DNA of 64,000 nucleotides from an uncultured Acidimicrobiia bacterium. GTDB taxonomy: Bacteria > Actinomycetota > Acidimicrobiia > Acidimicrobiales > AC-14. This document shows positions 59,021 to 64,000 of this stretch, piece by piece (within the stretch, counting starts at the first letter, position 1; each line of letters begins with the position of its first letter). The stretch is taken from NCBI GenBank assembly GCA_963836205.1, contig CAWIIV010000015.1, positions 224,001 to 288,000 of the forward strand, written 5' to 3'. A model generated the notes under the pieces. The model saw only the letters and a list, made by a program, of their open reading frames with translations. It did no database searches and was not told the origin of the DNA. A program made the translations under genes and the position numbers.

Positions 59021-60903
59021 ATGGCCCTCGCCGCTTCGGGCTCGTGGAAGTCACCGATCACGGCAGAGATGCTGGTGGACGAGGCCGTCTCCCTGTCGCA
59101 GGTCACCGTCGACGGCGCTGACGTCTACTGGATCGAGGCCCGCCCGTCCGAAAGCGGACGACACGTGGTGGTCCGGTGGAGCCAGGGCCACCCGCCGATC
59201 GACATCCTTCCACCCGGGTTTTCGGCCCGTACAATCGTCCACGAGTACGGCGGGGGGGCCTTCGCTGTCCGCAGCGGTGTCGTGTGGTTCTCGCATTTCG
59301 ACGACCAACGGGTCTACCGGCTGGAAGCCGGTGAAAAACCCTGGCCGATCACGAAGGAGCCCCCGACCCCCCGCTCCGTCCGTTTCGCCGACTTCGACGT
59401 GAGCCCCGACGGGAGCCTGCTGGCCTGCGTACGCGAACGCCACCTCGACAACGGCACTGTCGTCAACGACCTTGTCCTGCTGGACGCCATTGGCGCGGCC
59501 TCGCCGCGAGTCTTTGCCGAAGGTCAGGACTTCTACTCTGCCCCCCGGTTCAGTCGTGACGGTCGTCTGGCGTGGCTGTCTTGGGACCATCCGAACATGC
59601 CGTGGGACGGCACCACCCTCTGGGTAGACCACGAGCGGGTGGCCGGCGGCCGCGACGAGTCGATCACCCAGCCCCGCTGGGGCCCGGACGGGAGCCTGTA
59701 CTGGGCGTCAGACCGCTCCGGCTGGTGGAACCTCTACCGGGACGGCACCGCCCTGTGGCCCGACGATGCCGAGTTCAGCGGGCCGGACTGGGCGTTCGGC
59801 CAGTCCACGTACGCCGTTTTCGCCGACGGCATGGTTGTCGCGGCGTCCACCAAGGACGGCCGCGGTCGGATGTGCATCCTCGAACCGACCGGAGAAGTTG
59901 CGCAACGAACCGACTTCACCGCTTTCGCCTCGGTGCAGGCCCATGGCGAGCGGGCGGTCGTGGCGGTGGCCGCGTCGGCGCGGGAGTCGTCGGCGGTCGT
60001 CTGCATCGACCTCGCTGAGGGTGGCGTCGACGTGCTCCGTCGTAGCCGGCCGGGTTCTGTCGACGCCGGCTACCTCTCGGTGCCCGAGCCGATCACCTTT
60101 CCCACCGACGGCGGGGTCGACGCCCACGCCCTGTTCTACCCGCCGGCCAACCGCGACTTCGAGGCCCCCGCAGGCGAGCTCCACCGCTGGTGGTGATGAG
60201 CCACGGCGGCCCGACGTCGGCCGCCCGATCCGAGCTCAACCTCGCCATCCAGTTCTTCACCAGCCGGGGGCTGGCGGTGGTCGACGTCGACTACGGGGGC
60301 AGCAGCGGCTACGGGCGGGCCTACCGTCGCCGCCTCGACGGGCAGTGGGGCGTCGTCGACGTGGCCGACTGCGTCAATGCTGCCCGCCACCTGGCCGCCG
60401 CCGGCTTGGTCGACGGCCGGCGCATGGCCATCCGGGGTGGGAGCGCAGGCGGCTTCACCACCCTGTGCGCCCTCACGTTCTACGACGTCTTCGCCGCCGG
60501 GGCCAGCTACTACGGCGTGGCCGACCTGACCTCGCTGGCCACCGACACCCACAAGTTCGAGTCCCGCTACCTCGACCGGTTGGTGGGGCCGTGGCCGGAG
60601 GCGGCCGACATCTACCGGGCCCGGTCGCCCATCCACTCCGCCGACGGCATCTCTGCCCCCGTCATCCTCTTCCAGGGTCTGGAGGACAAAGTGGTGCCGC
60701 CGGCACAGTCCGAGGTCATGGTCGAGGCGCTACGGGCCAAGGGCCTGCCCTACGCCTACGTCACCTTCGAGGGCGAGCAGCACGGCTTCCGCAAGGCGGA
60801 GAACATCGTGCGGGCGGCCGAGGCCGAGCTGTGGTTCTACGGCCAGGTCCTCGGCTTCCAACCCGCCGACGACATCGAGCCGGTCCGCATCGCCAACTGG
60901 TGA
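59021..60903 (+). CDS. S9 prolyl oligopeptidase family peptidase (frameshift ~60180)
   Basis: [55 protein letters not shown]. Confidence 0.92.
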
Positions 60904-61044
60904 CGTTTTTGGGGTCCATGGCACCCGGCTGTGTCACCGGTTCGCAGGCCCGACCGCAACTGGTGACGGATTTGGGGTCTGTGGCGCCCGGATGTGTCAC
61001 CGGTTCGCAGCCCCGGGCCCAGGGCTCCCGTCGTGTCACCGGGT
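60895..61044. repeat. Two 48-bp palindromic REP-like elements plus a half copy
   Basis: AACTGGTGAC-N28-GTCACCGGTT at 60895-60942 and 60958-61005; GTCACCGGGT at 61035. Confidence 0.8.
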
Positions 61045-61986
61045 GGGCGGGGCGAGGGCCTGTCTCGTGGCTTCGACGTCGGCGGCCACTTGGGCGGCGA
61101 GGGCGTCGGCGGACTCGAAGCGAACCTCGTCCCGCAGGCGGCGGGCGAAGCGGACCCGACCCGTCTCCCCGTAGAGGTCGCCGGCGAAGTCGAGCAGGTA
61201 GGCCTCCAGCACCAGCGGGCTGTCGTCGGCGTGGAACGTGGGCCGCACGCCGAAGGAGATGGCGGACTGATGGCAGGTGCCATCGGGGCGCACGTACCAG
61301 CCGGCGTAGATCCCGGGCGACGGCAGGAGGACGTCGGGCGGCGGCGACACGTTGGCGGTGGGAAAGCCCATCCCCTCCCCCCGGTGGTCGCCGGACGCGA
61401 CCACGCCCCGCACCTCGTGCAGCCGGCCCAGCAGCCCCGCCGCCGCCTCCACCTCGCCCGCGGCCAGCAGCCGGCGGATGGCCGTCGACGACACCGGCTC
61501 GTCCCCGCCCGCCTCGACCAACCCGAAACCGACCACGTCGAAGCCCCACCGCTCCCCCGCCGCCCGCAGCAACCCCACATCCCCCCGCCGCTGGCGGCCG
61601 AAGCGGAAGTCCTCCCCCACGATCACCGTCCGGGCCGCCAACCCGTCGACCAGGATCTCCTCGACGAAGTCCTCCGGCTCCTCCTGCGAGCGGTCCCAGT
61701 CGAAGCGCACCACCACCACCACGTCGACCGAGCCGGTGGCCTCCAGCAGCTCGAGCTTCTGATCGAGGTCGGTGAGCAGCTTGGGCGCCGACTGGGGCCG
61801 CACGACCGTGGCCGGGTGACGGTCGAAGGTGACGACGGTGGCGCCCGCCCCGGTGCTGTCGGCCAGCCGCCGCAGCTCGCCCAGGACGGCCCGGTGCCCG
61901 AGGTGGACGCCGTCGTAGGACCCGATGGTGACGGCCGACCCCTCCCGCGGCGGGGTCGTCGCAGCCAGGTCGGTGACGATCTCCAT
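61036..61986 (-). CDS. ribF: Bifunctional riboflavin kinase/FAD synthetase
   Basis: IGSYDGVHLGH, TFDRHP, VSSTAIR, GFPTAN, GVRPTF, LRDEVRF. Confidence 0.96.
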   Translation of the reverse strand: MEIVTDLAATTPPREGSAVTIGSYDGVHLGHRAVLGELRRLADSTGAGATVVTFDRHPATVVRPQSAPKLLTDLDQKLELLEATGSVDVVVVVRFDWDRSQEEPEDFVEEILVDGLAARTVIVGEDFRFGRQRRGDVGLLRAAGERWGFDVVGFGLVEAGGDEPVSSTAIRRLLAAGEVEAAAGLLGRLHEVRGVVASGDHRGEGMGFPTANVSPPPDVLLPSPGIYAGWYVRPDGTCHQSAISFGVRPTFHADDSPLVLEAYLLDFAGDLYGETGRVRFARRLRDEVRFESADALAAQVAADVEATRQALAPPTR

Positions 61987-61997
61987 CCGGGGGGAAG

Positions 61998-62870
61998 CTA
62001 CCCGGCCATCACCACCGACGGTTTCACCCTCCCGTCGGGACGGATCTCGTACACCGCCAGCAGCCCGCCGTCGCCGTCGACCACCGCCCACGGGCCGTCG
62101 CCGGCCCACAGCTTGTCGAGGACGGCCCCGTGGGCCACGACCGCGGCCAGCTCGGCGTCGACCGCCTCCACCGGGTAGCCCCGCAGGGCGGCCGCCGGTG
62201 GCAGCACGTGCTCCCGACCGAGCTGGTCGAGCGCCACCGCCTCGTCCAGCGAGAACGAGCCCACCGCCGTCCGCCGCAGCCGGCGCAGGTGCGCTCCTCC
62301 CCCGAGCGAGGTACCCAGGTCGGCGGCCAGCGTGCGGACGTAGGTGCCGGACGAGCAGTCGACCTCGATGGTGAAGACCAAGGGATCGGCCGTCGGGGTG
62401 ACGTCGTAGCGGGTGACGGTCACCCGTCGGGGGGACCGCTCCACCTCGATCCCGGCCCGGGCCAGCTCGTGAAGGCGGCGCCCGCCCACCTTCAGCGCCG
62501 ACACCATGGGCGGCACCTGCTCGATCTCGCCCACGAACCGAGCCGCCGCCGCGACCACGTCGGCCACGCGCACGCCCGCCATGTCGTGCTCCGCAACCAC
62601 GTCACCGGCGGCATCGAGCGTCGACGTCTCCACGCCCAGGACCACCTCGCCCACGTAGGTCTTGGGCAGCCCGGTGAGGTACTTCAGCAGCCGGGTGGCC
62701 CGCCCCAGGCCGAGGACGAGGACGCCCGTGGCGTCGGGGTCGAGGGTGCCCGCGTGGCCCACCCGCTTCTGGCCGAAGATGCTCCGGGACCGGCCGACGA
62801 CGTCGTGCGACGTCCACCCGCTCGGCTTGTCGACGACCGCCAGGCCGTCGACGGTTGGTCGGTCGGTCAG
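61998..62870 (-). CDS. truB: tRNA pseudouridine(55) synthase
   Basis: VDKPSGWTSHDVV, GHAGTLDPDATGVL, QVPPMVSALK, CSSGTYVRTL; start inferred at CTG 62870. Confidence 0.95.
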   Translation of the reverse strand: MTDRPTVDGLAVVDKPSGWTSHDVVGRSRSIFGQKRVGHAGTLDPDATGVLVLGLGRATRLLKYLTGLPKTYVGEVVLGVETSTLDAAGDVVAEHDMAGVRVADVVAAAARFVGEIEQVPPMVSALKVGGRRLHELARAGIEVERSPRRVTVTRYDVTPTADPLVFTIEVDCSSGTYVRTLAADLGTSLGGGAHLRRLRRTAVGSFSLDEAVALDQLGREHVLPPAAALRGYPVEAVDAELAAVVAHGAVLDKLWAGDGPWAVVDGDGGLLAVYEIRPDGRVKPSVVMAG

Positions 62871-63892
62871 GGCGCCGACGATCCGGCCGTGCCCGCCTCC
62901 GCGCCGGCCACGACCGGCAGCGCGTCGCGGAGGGCGGCCAGGACCTCGGCCACCGGGCGGTCGGACGTGAACCCGGCCGCCGCCTTGTGCCCGCCCCCGC
63001 CGAAGTTGGTGGCCAACACCCCGACGTCGAAGTCGGTGACGGCCCGCAGGGACACCTTGGTGCCCTCGGGCGACTCCTTGAGCACGGCCGACACGTCGGC
63101 CTCGGTGGCCCGGCGGATGAGGTCGATGAGGCCCTCGGTCTCCTCGATGTCGACGCCGTGTCGGGCCAGGTCGTCGGCCGACACCCAGGTGGCCACGAAC
63201 CGGCGGTCGGGGTCGAGCACCGCTCGTTGCAGGGCGTCGCCGGCCAGGCGCAGGTAGGCCAGGCGGTGTTGCTCGAACAGCTGGCGGTTGATGGCCGGGA
63301 TGGGCAGGTCGTAGCCGGACAACTCCTCGGCCAGGGCGAAGACCTGGGGTGTGGTGGCTTCGTACTGGAAGCGGCCGGTGTCGCACACCAGCCCGGTGTA
63401 GAGGCACACCGCCGCGTCGTGGGTGAGGGGCCAGCCCAGGCGCTCGAACAGCCGGCGGACGATCACGGCCGACGCCGCCGCGGTGGCATCGATGAGGTTG
63501 ATGGTGCCGTAGCCCTCGTTGGTGACGTGGTGGTCGACGACGATCAGCTCCCGGGCCGCCTGGGCGGGCGAACCCAGCTCGGCCAGCCGGGCCAGCGAGC
63601 CGCAGTCGAGGGTGATCATGAGGTCGGGGGCGGCCGGGAAGTCGGCCGGCTTGGTGACCAGCTCCAGCCCCGGCAGGAAGGAGTAGTGGGGGGCGACCAC
63701 GAACGGCTCCGGCCACGACGAGACCACCTTGTGGCCGGCGGCCGTCGCCAGGTGGTGGATGGCGAGCATGGAGCCGAGGGCGTCGCCGTCGGGAGTGTGG
63801 TGGCAGGCGAGGGCGAGGGTGCCGGTGTTGGCCGAGATCACCTCCGCCGCTCGGTCGAGCACCTCCGACTCCCGGTTCCCCTCAGCCATCAT
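62867..63892 (-). CDS. nrnA: DHH/DHHA1 phosphoesterase (NanoRNase/pAp phosphatase)
   Basis: HHTPDGDALGS, LDC, VDHH, DTGRF, SLRA, GGGGHKAAAG. Confidence 0.92.
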   Translation of the reverse strand: MMAEGNRESEVLDRAAEVISANTGTLALACHHTPDGDALGSMLAIHHLATAAGHKVVSSWPEPFVVAPHYSFLPGLELVTKPADFPAAPDLMITLDCGSLARLAELGSPAQAARELIVVDHHVTNEGYGTINLIDATAAASAVIVRRLFERLGWPLTHDAAVCLYTGLVCDTGRFQYEATTPQVFALAEELSGYDLPIPAINRQLFEQHRLAYLRLAGDALQRAVLDPDRRFVATWVSADDLARHGVDIEETEGLIDLIRRATEADVSAVLKESPEGTKVSLRAVTDFDVGVLATNFGGGGHKAAAGFTSDRPVAEVLAALRDALPVVAGAEAGTAGSSAP

Positions 63893-64000
63893 CCTCCCCA
63901 ATCTGGAGGCCCCGAAGGATGTCCTCCACCCGGGCGCCGGCCGTGATCGCCGGATCGGGGTGGAACACCAACTCGGGGGTCCGCTTCAACCGTAGCTGGC
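63882..64000 (-). CDS. rbfA: Ribosome-binding factor A, C-terminal part
   Basis: Manual translation QLRLKRTPELVFQPDPAITAGARVEDILRGL; conserved rbfA-nrnA-truB-ribF order. Confidence 0.88.
   Translation of the reverse strand, partial: QLRLKRTPELVFHPDPAITAGARVEDILRGLQIGEDDG

Overview
High-GC actinobacterial chromosome segment. Acidimicrobiia-like is an inference from the actinobacterial bcc-aa3 genes, DUF3151, dnaG-rpoD coupling and LAxTG sorting signals. The housekeeping backbone is: cytochrome bcc-aa3 genes (ctaCDF convergent with ctaE-qcrCAB), acyP, tRNA-Ile2/tRNA-Asn, rpoD-dnaG, tldD/tldE, ppdK, glyQS, recO, uppS and ribF-truB-nrnA-rbfA. The dominant feature is a ~25 kb surface-protein locus (10348-35701, minus strand) just downstream of the tRNAs. 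It holds a lipoprotein, two giant G/A/S/T/D/N-rich proteins (~3600 and ~4200 aa after repairing frameshifts) built from ~180-aa repeats, and a 149-aa protein. All three repeat proteins end in the same Cys-capped 12-residue-repeat module followed by an LAxTG sortase signal. Other notable items are a lipoprotein that is a free-standing copy of the neighbouring subtilase prodomain, a family of 48-bp palindromic REP-like elements, an IS30 next to a solo AbiEi/DUF559 gene, and a lipoprotein-TM-TPR-DUF4332-like gene. At least nine frameshifts, one in essential glyQS, point to long-read indel errors. All assignments are from motif recognition by eye; no searches were run.
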